From Nitrospirota bacterium (GTDB lineage Bacteria; Nitrospirota; UBA9217), in contig CAWBNQ010000003.1 in NCBI GenBank assembly GCA_963790205.1, positions 416,001 to 480,000 of the forward strand: 64,000 bases of DNA. The letters are read 5' to 3'. How positions within the stretch are numbered: position 1 is the first letter of the stretch; every line of letters starts with the position of its first letter. Below the pieces are notes generated by a model, which saw only the letters and a program-made list of their open reading frames with translations, ran no database searches and was not told where the DNA came from. The translations under genes and the position numbers were made by a program. Shown one piece after another: positions 50,105 through 61,192 of the stretch.

Positions 50105-50146
50105 GGTTGCCTTCATTCAAGGAATAACAGCGCTTCAGCTTATTTT

Positions 50147-52057
50147 TTAATGCTGCTTTGCATTCTCCAGCATGAGCTTCGCCATCGTTTTCGCGAACGC
50201 GGCGGGGTCCTTGATCTTCGAGCCCTCGAGCAGAAGCGCCTGGTCGTACAACAGGCCGATGTATTCCTTGAGCGTTTCGTCGTTGCCACCCTTGTCGATG
50301 AGGCTGTTCATGGCTTCGAATATCTGATGCGCCGGATTGATTTCCAGGACCCTCTTGCCGGAGGGGACCTCTTGACCCATTGCCTTCATCAGTTTTTCCA
50401 TCTGGGGATCGAGTTCGCCTTCGCCGGCAACCAGGCAGCAGGCAGAGTCCTTGAGCCTGCCGGAAAGGCGCACGTCCTTTACCTCGTCCTTTAACTGTTC
50501 TTTTATCAGGGCAAGGAGCTTCTCGAATTTCTCCTTCGACCGTTCCTTGTCCGTGTCACTTGTCTTGTCCAGGCTGATATCGCCTTTTACCGCCGACTTT
50601 ATCTTTTTGCCCTTGTATTCCTGAAGGTCCAGCATGATGACGTCGTCGATCTCGTCGGCCATGATCAGGACCTCATAGCCCTTTTCACGGAAAGCTTCGA
50701 GGTAGGGCGATTGCAGGGTATTTTCATCCGGCTTGCCGATGATGTAATAGATCTCGCCCTGCGCGATCGGCATGTTCTTCACGTATTCTTCGAGCGTGGT
50801 ATATTTGCCGGGCTCCGTCTTCGTAGACTGGAACAGGAGCAGGTCGGCGATCTGCTCCTTCCGGGCAAAATCGAAATGGATGCCTTCCTTGAGCACCCTG
50901 CCGAATTCCTTATGAAAACCCGCATAGGCATCAAAGGAGTTCGATTTCATGTCCGCCAGGGTATCGAGCGTTTTTTTGACGATGCTTTTCTTGATGATCT
51001 CGACGTGCTTGTTGGACTGCAGGATCTCCCGCGATACGTTCAGGGGAAGGTCCGAGGAATCGACCACGCCCTTGACGAAGCGGAGATATTCGGGAATGAG
51101 CTGTTCGCAGTGGTCCATGATCTGGACCCGCTTGACGTACAGGGTCGGTCCGATCTTATAGTCCTTGTACAGGATCCCGTAAGGGGCCTTTGACGGGAGG
51201 TACAAGAGCGCCGTAAACTCCGACGTGCCTTCCGTGCGGTAATGGATGACCTTTGCGGGGTCGCCGAAATCGTGGGATATATGTTTGTAGAAGTCGTTAT
51301 ATTCCTCGGCTGTTACTTCCGACGGGTCCTTGAGCCAGATGGCCTTGCCGGCGTTCATTTTTTCTTCTTCAAGGACTTTAGTCTTTTTGCTCTTATCAAG
51401 CGGGTCTTCCTTTTCCCGCTCGACGTCCATGACGACCGGGTGCTCGATGTAATCGGAGTATTTCCGGATGATTGACTTGATCTCCCATTCGTCGAGGTAA
51501 TTCTTGTCCTCGGTCTTGAGATGCAGAATGACGTCGGTCCCGGCGCGGTCCTTTTCAGCCTCGTCGATGATGAAGGAGCCGTCGGCAATCGATTCCCATT
51601 TGACGGCCTTGCTGGTCCTCTCCGTCGCCTTTCTCGTGATGACCGTGACCTTGTCAGCCACCATGAAGGACGAATAGAATCCGACGCCGAACTGTCCGAT
51701 GAGCTCCGGCTTGTCCTTCAGGGCCTTGTCCTGAAGCGCCCGCAAAAAATCCTTGGTGCCTGAATGGGCGATGGTCCCGAGCTCGGCGATGACCTCGTCA
51801 TGGGTCATCCCCATGCCGTTGTCGCTCACCGTCAGCGTGCCAGCCGCTTTGTCCAGGATGATTTTTATCTTCCAGGCGCCGGTATTGTCGAGGATCTCCT
51901 TGTTCGTGAGCGATTCAAAGCGCGCCTTGTCTATGGCGTCGGACGCGTTCGAGATCAGCTCCCGCAGGAAGATCTCCTTATGAGAATAGAGGGAATGGAT
52001 CATCAGGTCCAGCAGCTCTTTTACTTCGGTCTTGAATTCCATTTTTTCAACGGTCAT
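50147..52057 (-). CDS. htpG: Chaperone HtpG (Hsp90)
   Basis: FLRELISNASDA, DNGMGM, IGQFGVGFYS, DLPLNVSREILQ, LEINP. Confidence 0.97.
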   Translation of the reverse strand: MTVEKMEFKTEVKELLDLMIHSLYSHKEIFLRELISNASDAIDKARFESLTNKEILDNTGAWKIKIILDKAAGTLTVSDNGMGMTHDEVIAELGTIAHSGTKDFLRALQDKALKDKPELIGQFGVGFYSSFMVADKVTVITRKATERTSKAVKWESIADGSFIIDEAEKDRAGTDVILHLKTEDKNYLDEWEIKSIIRKYSDYIEHPVVMDVEREKEDPLDKSKKTKVLEEEKMNAGKAIWLKDPSEVTAEEYNDFYKHISHDFGDPAKVIHYRTEGTSEFTALLYLPSKAPYGILYKDYKIGPTLYVKRVQIMDHCEQLIPEYLRFVKGVVDSSDLPLNVSREILQSNKHVEIIKKSIVKKTLDTLADMKSNSFDAYAGFHKEFGRVLKEGIHFDFARKEQIADLLLFQSTKTEPGKYTTLEEYVKNMPIAQGEIYYIIGKPDENTLQSPYLEAFREKGYEVLIMADEIDDVIMLDLQEYKGKKIKSAVKGDISLDKTSDTDKERSKEKFEKLLALIKEQLKDEVKDVRLSGRLKDSACCLVAGEGELDPQMEKLMKAMGQEVPSGKRVLEINPAHQIFEAMNSLIDKGGNDETLKEYIGLLYDQALLLEGSKIKDPAAFAKTMAKLMLENAKQH

Positions 52058-52426
52058 TGTTCACCTCATGATGTCCTGAGAATCTCATCTGCCGCGAAGA
52101 CACGAAGAGATGCGAAGGAATGAAAGTCTTCGGACGTTTGTCAGCTGCCGATGAAAATCATGTCCCCTGGGCTTCTTGGTGTCTTGGTGGCGGGTTTTCT
52201 TTTTTTAATCGAGACTATATATACCTAAACATCCTGTCCGTTGTCAAGAGGTTTGACGGGCTATCGGTCGCGGCCGTCGGGGTTGCGGAAAGGGTAATGA
52301 CAGATGGGGCGCTCCCGGCAGCCCGCATGAAGTTGCAAATTCTCGCTCGTAAGGAAGTTCTTGGTTCTGCTATAGTAATAATATAAGCAGTGTTCCTGCA
52401 TAAGGGCAGGAGAAGGAGGACCTCCC

Positions 52427-52750
52427 ATGGTAAAGAAGGGCATCATTCTTGCGCTCCTGTTCTGCTTCATCCTGCCGCTCGGAGCGCTCTCGCAGGTTTT
52501 GACCGGGGGCGGCAATATCCGCTTTATGCCCAAGGGTGCGGCGCCGGTCCTGTTCAGCCACGAGAAACACGTCGAGGCGAACGGCCGCAAATGCTCGGGT
52601 TGTCACTTCGGGGTCTTCCAGATGGAAAAGGGGTCGAACAGGATGAACATGAGCAAGATCACGAAGGGCTATTTCTGCGGTACCTGCCACAACGGCAGGA
52701 CGGCCTTCGACGTGGAAGACCGCGCCCAGTGCACGCGATGCCATGCGTGA
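52427..52750 (+). CDS. Periplasmic triheme c7-type cytochrome
   Basis: Signal peptide, VLFSHEKH, CSGCH, CGTCH, CTRCH. Confidence 0.88.
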   Translation: MVKKGIILALLFCFILPLGALSQVLTGGGNIRFMPKGAAPVLFSHEKHVEANGRKCSGCHFGVFQMEKGSNRMNMSKITKGYFCGTCHNGRTAFDVEDRAQCTRCHA

Positions 52751-53021
52751 ACGGCGACGCGACGTCCATTGATACAGTTTATTCAAAAATACCCGTCAAC
52801 GGGCCTCCGATCATGATAGAGCACGGTTCTCGAACAACAAGGGCAGCTTGCTACTAAAGTAGGTCACCTCAATCCGCTGTTTTTTTATACTCCTAACCCC
52901 GGTATTTTCGCTCCATACGTTCTATAATTTAATCATGGTTCCGAGCGGCATGCTGTTCCGATTACAGCATCTCTTTGCAGTAAGCTATCGGCGCAGCGAT
53001 GGCTGAAGGGAAGGAGGGGCT

Positions 53022-53363
53022 ATGAAAATCATACTCATAATCACAATGCGGACAGTGATAGTGTTTGCGTTGCTGCTCACGGGTTTTGCGGCAGGGTTTC
53101 CGGTCGGGCAGCGCATGGGATTTACGACGGGCAGCGAGTGGGCGATCGTTCAGGCGGACATCATTGCGCGGGAGGCCGGGCTGTCCATGCCGGTCAATTA
53201 CGAGGAGGGAACATTTCGTGTCGTTCTCAGACAGCCGCCGGGCCTCTATAAGAAGGCCTGGCACCTTGCGGACAGGCATGACAGAGAGATGCAGTATTGG
53301 AGCAGCGGCGAGAGAACGTTACGTGAGTCCGTGAGCTTCACGAGAAGTTATCTGACGCAATAA
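53022..53363 (+). CDS. Hypothetical membrane/exported protein
   Basis: GGAGG RBS, N-terminal hydrophobic segment. Confidence 0.55.
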   Translation: MKIILIITMRTVIVFALLLTGFAAGFPVGQRMGFTTGSEWAIVQADIIAREAGLSMPVNYEEGTFRVVLRQPPGLYKKAWHLADRHDREMQYWSSGERTLRESVSFTRSYLTQ

Positions 53364-53376
53364 GACATCTTTCGTT

Positions 53377-55905
53377 TCAACGGTCCCGGGGTTTTGTGCG
53401 GCGCGTGGGCACGGCGTTCCAGGGATCATTGGGCCAGGGATGCTTCGGGTAGCGGCCCTTGAGCTCTTTTTTTACCTGCTGATACGCGCTGTTCCAGAAC
53501 CCCCTCAGATCCTGCGTCACCTGGACCGGCCTTCGCGCCGGGGACAGTAAATGAAGCAGTACCTTTACCCTGCCGCCGGCAATGAGCGGCGTGTCAGCGA
53601 GCCCGAACATCTCTTGGAGTTTCACGGCAAGCACCGGTTGATCGCCGTTCGAATAATCGAGCGTTGCGCGGCTTCCACTCGGCACCGTAATGGATAGAGG
53701 CGCGCGCTCGTCTAGGAACCGCTGTTGTTCCCGGGAAAGCTTTGCCTTGAGCGCCTGGAGGATATTGAGGCTCGCGAGGCCTTGAGCGCTGCGGATGCCC
53801 TTGAGCCAGGGGAGAAGCCATTCTTCCGGCTCGGAGAAAAGCTTTTCATCCGAAAGGTCGGGCCAGGGCTCTTCAGGGAAAACCCTTTTCATAAGTCCTG
53901 CCCTGGCTTGGAACTGTCTCGCATCCTTGTTGAACGCAAGGACCCCCGGCGTCGTCCTGATCACTTCGCATAAAATAGGCGCAGCCTCTTCATCAGTAGG
54001 GGTAAACGGCCGTCTCGAAAGAAGCAAGCTTTCGAGCCGCTCTTCAATGGCGGCATTGATCCTGCCCTCCTTGCTGTCCCATTCAGCTTTTCGAATTATC
54101 TTGATGCGCTTGCCGCACCCGCTCCGGATGAGTTCCTCCGTTATCGGCGCGGCGGTATGAACGAAGCCTTCGGCCTTCTCGCCGGCATCCACATTGACAG
54201 CGATGAGGTAAGGGCTGCTTCCCAGGTGGCTGTCCTGCGAGAGCCGTACGCCCCTTCCCCGGACATGAACAAAGCGTCCTCCGCCTTCTTCGCGGCGCTT
54301 GCAGATCCGGTCGGGATACGCCGAAAGCAGGAGTCGGGAGAGCATCCCGTGTTCCACGATATTCTCCGCTGAACCGCTCCGCGTTTCGGACATTATCCGC
54401 ATGAGCTGGGCAGCGGTCTTTTCCACGGCCCGAAGCGCAGAGGGATCGATGTTCCCGCCTGTTTCTTTTCCCATGCGCCGCCTGCGCATGGCATCAACTC
54501 TTTCCGATATGTCGGGTTCGGCAAATATGCGGTCGGCTCCGCTGTGCCGGAAGATGTCCCGCTCGGTAAGGAGAGCGGCAAGGTCCGCGCCGAGGCGTGC
54601 ACAGCCCAGTTCCTGCGCCCGTACCATGAGACAGGAAAGCCTGGGATGAAGGGGAAGACCTGCCATGGCCCGGCCGAATGGAGTGATCGCACCCGATGGA
54701 TCGAGGGCGCCGAGGTCTCTCAACAGACCCAGGCCGGATTCCCAGGCTGCCGCAGGCGGCATATCGAGCCATGAGAGTTCACGAGGGTCCTTTACTCCCC
54801 AGACCGCGAGTTCAAGCACGAGTTGGGAAAGATCGGATACCAGAATCTCCGGCTGCGTAAACGGCAGCATGCCGGCAAGGTCATGCTTGCCGTAGAGGCG
54901 GTAACACACGCCCGGTCCGAGCCGTCCTGCCCGGCCCTTGCGCTGTTCCGCTGATGCCCGGGAAACGGAGGTTGTTACGAGCCGGTTCATGCCGGTTGCG
55001 GGATCGTAGCGCAGCATGCGCGTGAGGCCGCTGTCGATCACGACCCGCACGCCCTCGATGGTAAGGCTCGTCTCGGCTATATTCGTGGCGAGGACGATCT
55101 TTCGCTTATCCTTCGACGGCATGATGGCCCGCTCCTGTTCCTCGAAGGGCAGGTCCCCGTAGAGCGCGTGCAAGACGATGCCTTCGTCGTTTATGTCGAG
55201 CGACTCGTGGAGCGCCTTGGTGCAGGCGCGTATCTCTCCCGAGCCGGGCAGAAATACCAGGATGTCTCCCCCGGTCTCCTTCAGGGCGGTCTTGACAGCG
55301 GGGGCGATGCGCTGGGGGAGGGGGCCTGTCCCTTCTTCCTGGTAGCGTTCTTCCACGGGATAGGCCTTCCCCGAGGAAGCGATCACCGGCGCGCTGCCGA
55401 GGAGCGATGCTATGGGGCCGGGATCCAGGGTGGCGGACATGACAAGGACCTTCAGGTCCGGACGCAGGGCCCTGCGGACGTCGAGGCAGAGCGCGAGTGC
55501 CAGGTCCGCACGGATGCTCCGCTCATGGAATTCGTCGAAGATGACCATTGCCGTGTTTTCGAGCCCTGGGTCTGACTGAATGCGTCGGGTGAGAACGCCC
55601 TCGGTCACGACCTCGATCCTGGTCTTCGCCGATCTCTTCGTATCGAAGCGTATGGCGTAGCCGATCGTCCCGCCCGCCTCTTCATTCAGCGATTGCGCCA
55701 TCCAGCGCGCCGCGGAAACAGCTGCGATCCTTCGGGGTTCGAGCATGACGATGCGGCCCTGTCCCTGCGGAAGCAGGTCGAGCAGCGCGAGCGGGACCCG
55801 CGTGGTCTTTCCCGCTCCGGGCGGCGCATGGAGTATGACCGAGGGGTTGCTTTGCACGGCGTCTTTCAGCTGCGGCAGTATGGTGTCTATGGGATAGGAT
55901 TTCAT
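53377..55905 (-). CDS. hrpB: ATP-dependent RNA helicase HrpB
   Basis: PGAGKTT, DEFHER, MSAT, QRKGRAGR, LLSPARRPVQVT, GRYPKHPWP. Confidence 0.96.
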   Translation of the reverse strand: MKSYPIDTILPQLKDAVQSNPSVILHAPPGAGKTTRVPLALLDLLPQGQGRIVMLEPRRIAAVSAARWMAQSLNEEAGGTIGYAIRFDTKRSAKTRIEVVTEGVLTRRIQSDPGLENTAMVIFDEFHERSIRADLALALCLDVRRALRPDLKVLVMSATLDPGPIASLLGSAPVIASSGKAYPVEERYQEEGTGPLPQRIAPAVKTALKETGGDILVFLPGSGEIRACTKALHESLDINDEGIVLHALYGDLPFEEQERAIMPSKDKRKIVLATNIAETSLTIEGVRVVIDSGLTRMLRYDPATGMNRLVTTSVSRASAEQRKGRAGRLGPGVCYRLYGKHDLAGMLPFTQPEILVSDLSQLVLELAVWGVKDPRELSWLDMPPAAAWESGLGLLRDLGALDPSGAITPFGRAMAGLPLHPRLSCLMVRAQELGCARLGADLAALLTERDIFRHSGADRIFAEPDISERVDAMRRRRMGKETGGNIDPSALRAVEKTAAQLMRIMSETRSGSAENIVEHGMLSRLLLSAYPDRICKRREEGGGRFVHVRGRGVRLSQDSHLGSSPYLIAVNVDAGEKAEGFVHTAAPITEELIRSGCGKRIKIIRKAEWDSKEGRINAAIEERLESLLLSRRPFTPTDEEAAPILCEVIRTTPGVLAFNKDARQFQARAGLMKRVFPEEPWPDLSDEKLFSEPEEWLLPWLKGIRSAQGLASLNILQALKAKLSREQQRFLDERAPLSITVPSGSRATLDYSNGDQPVLAVKLQEMFGLADTPLIAGGRVKVLLHLLSPARRPVQVTQDLRGFWNSAYQQVKKELKGRYPKHPWPNDPWNAVPTRRTKPRDR

Positions 55906-55971
55906 AAAAGCACTGCTATATCAGCGGGCATGACCAGTCAGCTCGGGCATCGATCCCTCCCTGTCTTCATG

Positions 55972-56601
55972 TTAGAGCTCTATTTCATTAAAGGTTGAGT
56001 AGACGTACAGGGTGAAGTCGTTTTCTATCCGGTCGTGCCTGAGGGCAACGGAAGGGGAGAGGTTCTCGATCGCGAATTTGACCATGTCCTCCGGCGAGGT
56101 GAAATGGAGCTCGGGGTCCTTGACGGGGGTGTGGGACGACAGCGCGTTCAGGGCGAGGCCCTTGTTGCAGTGCTTGAACAGGGCGACGAGTGCGTTCTTC
56201 AAGTCGTCATCGACACCGGGGACCTGCAGGTTGAACACGCCGCAAATGAAGATGTAGTCGTAGAACCCTTCGAGCTCATCGTCGTCCGCGCACATGACCT
56301 TGAAGGTACAGTCGGGATACTTGCTCTTTGCCAGGTTGATGAAGTTTTCATTGATGTCTACGCCGGTATACCGCACGGTGATGTCCCGCCGCTTTAAAAA
56401 ACGATAAAAGTCTCCGGTCCCGCAGCCGTAGTCGAGGACCGTGCTGTTGTTCAGGTCTTCCGCCGGCGCTATGGAGGCGAGGGTATGGTAGCGCTTGAGC
56501 TGGCCTTTTGGCGTCCAGCGGAGCGCCTCGGGCCGGTCGCCGAATTTTTTCAGATGAAAGTTATAAAAGGACAGGAGTTGGTCTTTCGAAAAGGGGTCCA
56601 T
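55972..56601 (-). CDS. Class I SAM-dependent methyltransferase
   Basis: VLDYGCGTG, YTGVDI, DYIFICGVFN; GGAGG RBS. Confidence 0.88.
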   Translation of the reverse strand: MDPFSKDQLLSFYNFHLKKFGDRPEALRWTPKGQLKRYHTLASIAPAEDLNNSTVLDYGCGTGDFYRFLKRRDITVRYTGVDINENFINLAKSKYPDCTFKVMCADDDELEGFYDYIFICGVFNLQVPGVDDDLKNALVALFKHCNKGLALNALSSHTPVKDPELHFTSPEDMVKFAIENLSPSVALRHDRIENDFTLYVYSTFNEIEL

Positions 56602-56757
56602 GGACATCCTCCGCAATAACATACACATACACGCGTGAATAAAATATTGTACCGGAATGAACGCATGAAAGCAAGGGCACGCTTTCAGACGGGAAGTATA
56701 GGACATGCATAACTTTGCTTCTATACAGAACTAATTTTGTCCTGTTAAATGTTTTTC

Positions 56758-56786
56758 TTGACAAACTATTTGCGTTGACTTATTAT
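56758..56786 (+). promoter_or_regulatory. sigma70 promoter of the nuo operon
   Basis: TTGACA-N17-TATTAT. Confidence 0.7.
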
Positions 56787-56842
56787 ACACGCGTTTTAGA
56801 AGTTATGTTAATTCAAAATTTAATATGAGTTGGGAGTAGCGT

Positions 56843-57217
56843 ATGACACCAAGTACCTACCTTCCGGAACACTTTCTGCCGGTAGTCGTCTTTCTGCTGC
56901 TCGGCACAGCAATGGGGCTCGGGATGCTCATTGCCGGATGGTTTATCCGGCCGAGGAACCCTTATCCCGAAAAGTTGCTCACCTACGAGTCCGGCATCAC
57001 CCCCTTCATGGACGCCCATCAGCAGTTTTCCATCCGGTATTACATCATCGCCATGCTTTTCCTCATCTTCGACATTGAAGCTGTTTTCCTCTATCCCTGG
57101 GCCGTGGCATTCAACCAGATCGGCCCGTACGTGCTGGTGGAAATGGTGATCTTTATCGCCATCCTGCTCGTTGGGTATGTTTATGCGTGGAAGAAAGGGG
57201 CTCTCGAATGGGAGTAA
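56843..57217 (+). CDS. nuoA: NADH-quinone oxidoreductase subunit A
   Basis: [27 protein letters not shown]. Confidence 0.96.
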   Translation: MTPSTYLPEHFLPVVVFLLLGTAMGLGMLIAGWFIRPRNPYPEKLLTYESGITPFMDAHQQFSIRYYIIAMLFLIFDIEAVFLYPWAVAFNQIGPYVLVEMVIFIAILLVGYVYAWKKGALEWE

Positions 57218-57687
57218 TGCAGAACCTTTTTGAAGAAGGCTATATCACGACGACCGTCGATTCCTTCCTGAATTACTGCAGGGCAAGCTCTATCTGGCCG
57301 ATGACGTTCGGGCTCGCCTGCTGCGCCATCGAAATGATCCAGTATTATTCGGCTCCCCAGCACGATTTTGACCGCTTCGGGACCGTGCCCCGGCCTTCAC
57401 CGAGGCAGTCGGACCTGCTCCTCGTGGCGGGGACGCTCACCAAGAAGATGGCGCCCATCGTACGGCGCGTGTACGATCAGATGCCCGAGCCGCGATACGT
57501 CATCGCCATGGGAAGCTGCGCCAGCTCCGGCGGCATCTTCAATACCTACAGCGTGGTGCAGGGAGCGGACAACATCGTTCCCGTGGACGTCTATATCCCC
57601 GGCTGTCCGCCGAGGCCCGAGGCCCTGATGAACGGTATCATCAAACTTCAGGAAAAGATCAAGAAAGAGAAGTATATCCGGAAGTAA
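57208..57687 (+). CDS. nuoB: NADH-quinone oxidoreductase subunit B
   Basis: [33 protein letters not shown]. Confidence 0.96.
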   Translation: MGVMQNLFEEGYITTTVDSFLNYCRASSIWPMTFGLACCAIEMIQYYSAPQHDFDRFGTVPRPSPRQSDLLLVAGTLTKKMAPIVRRVYDQMPEPRYVIAMGSCASSGGIFNTYSVVQGADNIVPVDVYIPGCPPRPEALMNGIIKLQEKIKKEKYIRK

Positions 57688-57776
57688 CGCAGCAACGCCG
57701 AACGCTTTCACACCCCACTTCAGCATAGAGAACCGGGCACCATCGTTGTGATTGGTGCGGCCATTGACGAGGTTGT

Positions 57777-58247
57777 ATGGACCCCTTACAGATCGCAAAG
57801 ATGATAGAAGAAAAGTTCGCCGGTCAGGTCATCGGCACAACGACCCACGCCGGACAGGTCGCCGTTATGGTCAAGAAAGACCAAATCAAAGATATCTGCC
57901 TGTACCTGCGCGACGAACCCGGACTCAAGATGGATCACCTGGCAGACCTTACCGCAGTCGATTATTCCCGGTATCCCGGGGACACCGGACTGCGGTTCGA
58001 GGTCGTATATAATCTCATCTCGACTGAGTACCGGCACCGCATACGCCTGAAGACGCGCGTGCCCGAAGAGGATCCGAGGATCGACACCGTTTCCCCGGTC
58101 TGGCACACGGCCAACTGGCACGAGAGAGAGACCTTTGACCTCATGGGGATCAAGTTCGACGGCCACCCGGACCTTCGCAGGATCTTGCTGCCCGAGGACT
58201 GGGAAGGACACCCGCTCAGGAAGGAATACCCGCTGAAAGGATATTGA
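57777..58247 (+). CDS. nuoC: NADH-quinone oxidoreductase subunit C
   Basis: ANWHERETFDLMGI, GHPDLRRILL, GHPLRKEYP. Confidence 0.96.
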   Translation: MDPLQIAKMIEEKFAGQVIGTTTHAGQVAVMVKKDQIKDICLYLRDEPGLKMDHLADLTAVDYSRYPGDTGLRFEVVYNLISTEYRHRIRLKTRVPEEDPRIDTVSPVWHTANWHERETFDLMGIKFDGHPDLRRILLPEDWEGHPLRKEYPLKGY

Positions 58248-58302
58248 AATCTAATAAGTCCTATATGTCCTATCAGACCTATGGGAATTTCATGGTGAAA
58301 AC

Positions 58303-59502
58303 ATGTCTTCTACCGATACAGAACAAAAAGAGATCGTTCAGAAGGAAATAACCTTAAACATGGGTCCTCAGCACCCGGCCACCCATGGCGTGCTGCGCCT
58401 GGTGCTCGACCTGCAGGGCGAGACCGTGGTGGGCTGCGACCCGCGTCCCGGCTACCTGCACCGCGGGATCGAGAAATGGATGGAGAGCAGGACCTACCAT
58501 CAGATCATCCCCATGACCGATCGGCTGGAATACATCACCTGCATGAATAACAATCTGGGCTACGTGGTGGCTGTCGAGAAGCTTGCGGGCATCGAGGTCC
58601 CGGAGCGGGCGCAGTTCATCAGGACGCTGATGGCCGAGCTTACGCGGCTTTCCGGGCACCTTGTGTGGCTTGGCACCCATGCCCTTGACATCGGCGCCAT
58701 GACGGTCTGCATGTACACGCTGCGGGAACGGGAACTTATCCTCGACCTTACGGAGATGGTGACGGGCGCACGCCAGACCGTGAGTTATGTCCGTATCGGC
58801 GGTTTGCGGAACGATATATCGCGCGACTTCATCGACAAGTGCCGGGAATTTACCGAGATATTCCCGAAGCGGCTCGAACAGTACGACACGCTGATCCGCG
58901 AGAACCGCATCTGGCTCCAGCGCACCGTTGGCATCGGCGTGTTCTCGGCGGCGGATGCGGTCAACTACGGCCTGACCGGCGGTACGCTCCGCGGCTCGGG
59001 AGTAAACTACGATCTGCGCAAGGTCGAGCCGTATGCGGCCTATGATAAAGTGGAGTTCGACGTGCCGCTGGGCAAGAACGGCGATGTCTACGACCGGTAT
59101 ATCGTGCGTATCAACGAGATGCGCCAGAGCAACCGGATCATCAAGCAGTGCCTCGACATGATGCAGCCCGGACCGATCACGACCGACGATGCGCGCTACG
59201 CCATTCCTGAGAAAATGCAGGTGATGCAGAGCATGCAATCGCTGGCCCACCAGTTCGTGCTCATGAGCAAGTGGGTCCCCATGCCCAAGGGTGAGGTATA
59301 TGTGGCGACCGAGGCGCCGAAGGGCGAACTTGGTTTCTACATCGTAAGCGACGGGAGCGGCAGGCCGTACCGCATCAAGATCCGAGCCCCATCGTACGTG
59401 CACATAAGCGCCCTTCCGAAAATGGTTATCGGGCATATGATGGCGGATGTTATCGCCTGCATCGGGACCATCGACATTGTGTTGGGCGAGTGCGACCGGT
59501 AA
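58303..59502 (+). CDS. nuoD: NADH-quinone oxidoreductase subunit D
   Basis: NMGPQHPATHGVLR, GYLHRG, DRLEY, EAPKGE, DIVLGECDR; no NiFe CxxC motifs. Confidence 0.96.
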   Translation: MSSTDTEQKEIVQKEITLNMGPQHPATHGVLRLVLDLQGETVVGCDPRPGYLHRGIEKWMESRTYHQIIPMTDRLEYITCMNNNLGYVVAVEKLAGIEVPERAQFIRTLMAELTRLSGHLVWLGTHALDIGAMTVCMYTLRERELILDLTEMVTGARQTVSYVRIGGLRNDISRDFIDKCREFTEIFPKRLEQYDTLIRENRIWLQRTVGIGVFSAADAVNYGLTGGTLRGSGVNYDLRKVEPYAAYDKVEFDVPLGKNGDVYDRYIVRINEMRQSNRIIKQCLDMMQPGPITTDDARYAIPEKMQVMQSMQSLAHQFVLMSKWVPMPKGEVYVATEAPKGELGFYIVSDGSGRPYRIKIRAPSYVHISALPKMVIGHMMADVIACIGTIDIVLGECDR

Positions 59503-59526
59503 GAGCGCGGGCCACCGGACGAAACG

Positions 59527-59883
59527 ATGAAACTGAGAGAAATCATTAACCTGCTTCATGCCGAGGTCCTTGTCGGGAACGGTCTCATTGACGAGATCGA
59601 GGTGGAACGGTGCTTCAGCGCCGATCTCATGAGCGATGTGCTCGCCCGGTCCCATGCGAACGGAATTCTGATCACGGGGATCTCGAACCCCCAGGCAGTG
59701 CGAACGGCTGACATCGCCGACATCAGAGCGGTCTGTCTCGTTCGCGGGAAAAAACCGGAGGAGGGCGCGGTTTCCCTGGCACGGCAAAAGGATATCCCCC
59801 TTTTTGTAACGAAGCTGACTATGTTCGAGGCCTGCGGCATTTTATACATGAACGGGCTTAAGGGGGTAGCCGAGCGGCAATAA
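59527..59883 (+). CDS. DRTGG-domain protein
   Basis: ADLMSDVL, ILITG, VRGKKP, TMFEACGILY. Confidence 0.85.
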   Translation: MKLREIINLLHAEVLVGNGLIDEIEVERCFSADLMSDVLARSHANGILITGISNPQAVRTADIADIRAVCLVRGKKPEEGAVSLARQKDIPLFVTKLTMFEACGILYMNGLKGVAERQ

Positions 59884-59886
59884 GAG

Positions 59887-60840
59887 ATGGCACTGGAAGG
59901 CAAAGAGCAGGAGACGCTGGACCGGGTGACCAAGACCCAGGAGATGGTCTATGAGATCACGGTCGGCGAGGTCATGGCTGCCAAGGTGTTTACCGTAAGG
60001 CCGGACCAGACCATGTCGGAGCTTAGCCTTCTCATGCGGGACAACCGCATTTCCGGCACCCCGGTGGTGGAGAACGGAAAGCTCGTAGGCATGGTCAGCA
60101 TCGCGGACCTGATCAACGCCCTCAGCAGTAATGATATCAACGCTCCCATCCGGGAGAAGATGAAAACAAAGGTTGAGTGCCTGTACACCGACGAACTGCT
60201 CGTCCACTGTATCGCCAAATTTTCCAAATACGGGTATAAGCGGTACCCCGTGTTGAACCGCAATGAAGAGCTGGTGGGCATCATCACCAAGGGAAACATC
60301 GTCGAGGGCTTGCTCAAGAAGCTCGAGATCGAATACGAACAGACCGAGTCGAAAGCCGACGCGACGCGTCATCGGCCCACGATGCGGAAGTTTTTCGAGG
60401 ATGTATCAGCCGACGAGATCAGTTTCACGTTTAAGTTCAATGTCGCAGGCCAGACCCTGAAAGAAGCGGGCAAGGCGGCGAGCGAGCTTAAGAACGCGCT
60501 CAAGAAACTGGGTGTCTGTCCTCCGCTCCTTAGAAGGATCGGGGTGGCCACCTACGAAGCGGAGATCAACCTCGCTTCGTACACGAAAGGTGGAGAGATC
60601 CGGGCCCAGGTGGAGAAGTGGGGGATCACGGTTGAGGCGGTCGACAGCGGCCCCGGGATCCCCGATGTCGAGCGCGCGATGCAGCCGGGATATTCCACGG
60701 CGCCCGACTGGGTGCGGGAATTGGGGTTCGGCGCCGGCATGGGGCTGGTGAACATGAAAAAATGCGCCGATGAGATGAATCTGCAATCAGCGGTGCCCGA
60801 TGGGACGCATTTGACCATGCAGTTCTACTACACGAGTTGA
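59887..60840 (+). CDS. CBS-domain protein fused to anti-sigma-type Ser/Thr kinase (HATPase)
   Basis: CBS pair (ISGTPVV, KRYPVL); ATYEAEIN, DSGPGIPD, GYST, GFGAGMGL. Confidence 0.85.
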   Translation: MALEGKEQETLDRVTKTQEMVYEITVGEVMAAKVFTVRPDQTMSELSLLMRDNRISGTPVVENGKLVGMVSIADLINALSSNDINAPIREKMKTKVECLYTDELLVHCIAKFSKYGYKRYPVLNRNEELVGIITKGNIVEGLLKKLEIEYEQTESKADATRHRPTMRKFFEDVSADEISFTFKFNVAGQTLKEAGKAASELKNALKKLGVCPPLLRRIGVATYEAEINLASYTKGGEIRAQVEKWGITVEAVDSGPGIPDVERAMQPGYSTAPDWVRELGFGAGMGLVNMKKCADEMNLQSAVPDGTHLTMQFYYTS

Positions 60841-60850
60841 CCGGGGGCCA

Positions 60851-61192
60851 ATGAACCTGAATGATCTTGTGAAGGAATTCGGCCTGGATGTGAAGGTGGG
60901 CTCCGGTCATCTCGACCGCGAGGTGACGGGGGGATACGTGAGCGACCTCCTGTCCGATGTCCTGGCCCACGGCGAGGAAGGGAACGTCTGGGTCACGCTC
61001 CATATCCATCAGAACATCGTGGCCGTGGCATCGCACAAGGACCTGGCGGGCGTCATCCTGGTCCAGGGAAGGCAGCCGGAAAAGGACACGATTGCCCAGG
61101 CCGAGAAAGAGAACATCCCGATCATGGTGACCAGCCTTCCGGCCTTTGAAGTGGTTGGCAGATTGTACAAGGCGGGTATCCGTGGCGCTTAG
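60851..61192 (+). CDS. DRTGG-domain protein
   Basis: GGYVSDLLSDVL, VWVT, NIVAVA. Confidence 0.85.
   Translation: MNLNDLVKEFGLDVKVGSGHLDREVTGGYVSDLLSDVLAHGEEGNVWVTLHIHQNIVAVASHKDLAGVILVQGRQPEKDTIAQAEKENIPIMVTSLPAFEVVGRLYKAGIRGA

Noticed and set aside
56843..59502. Group 4 [NiFe]-hydrogenase interpretation
   Set aside because: Large subunit lacks both Ni-binding CxxC motifs and NuoB has the complex I tandem cysteines
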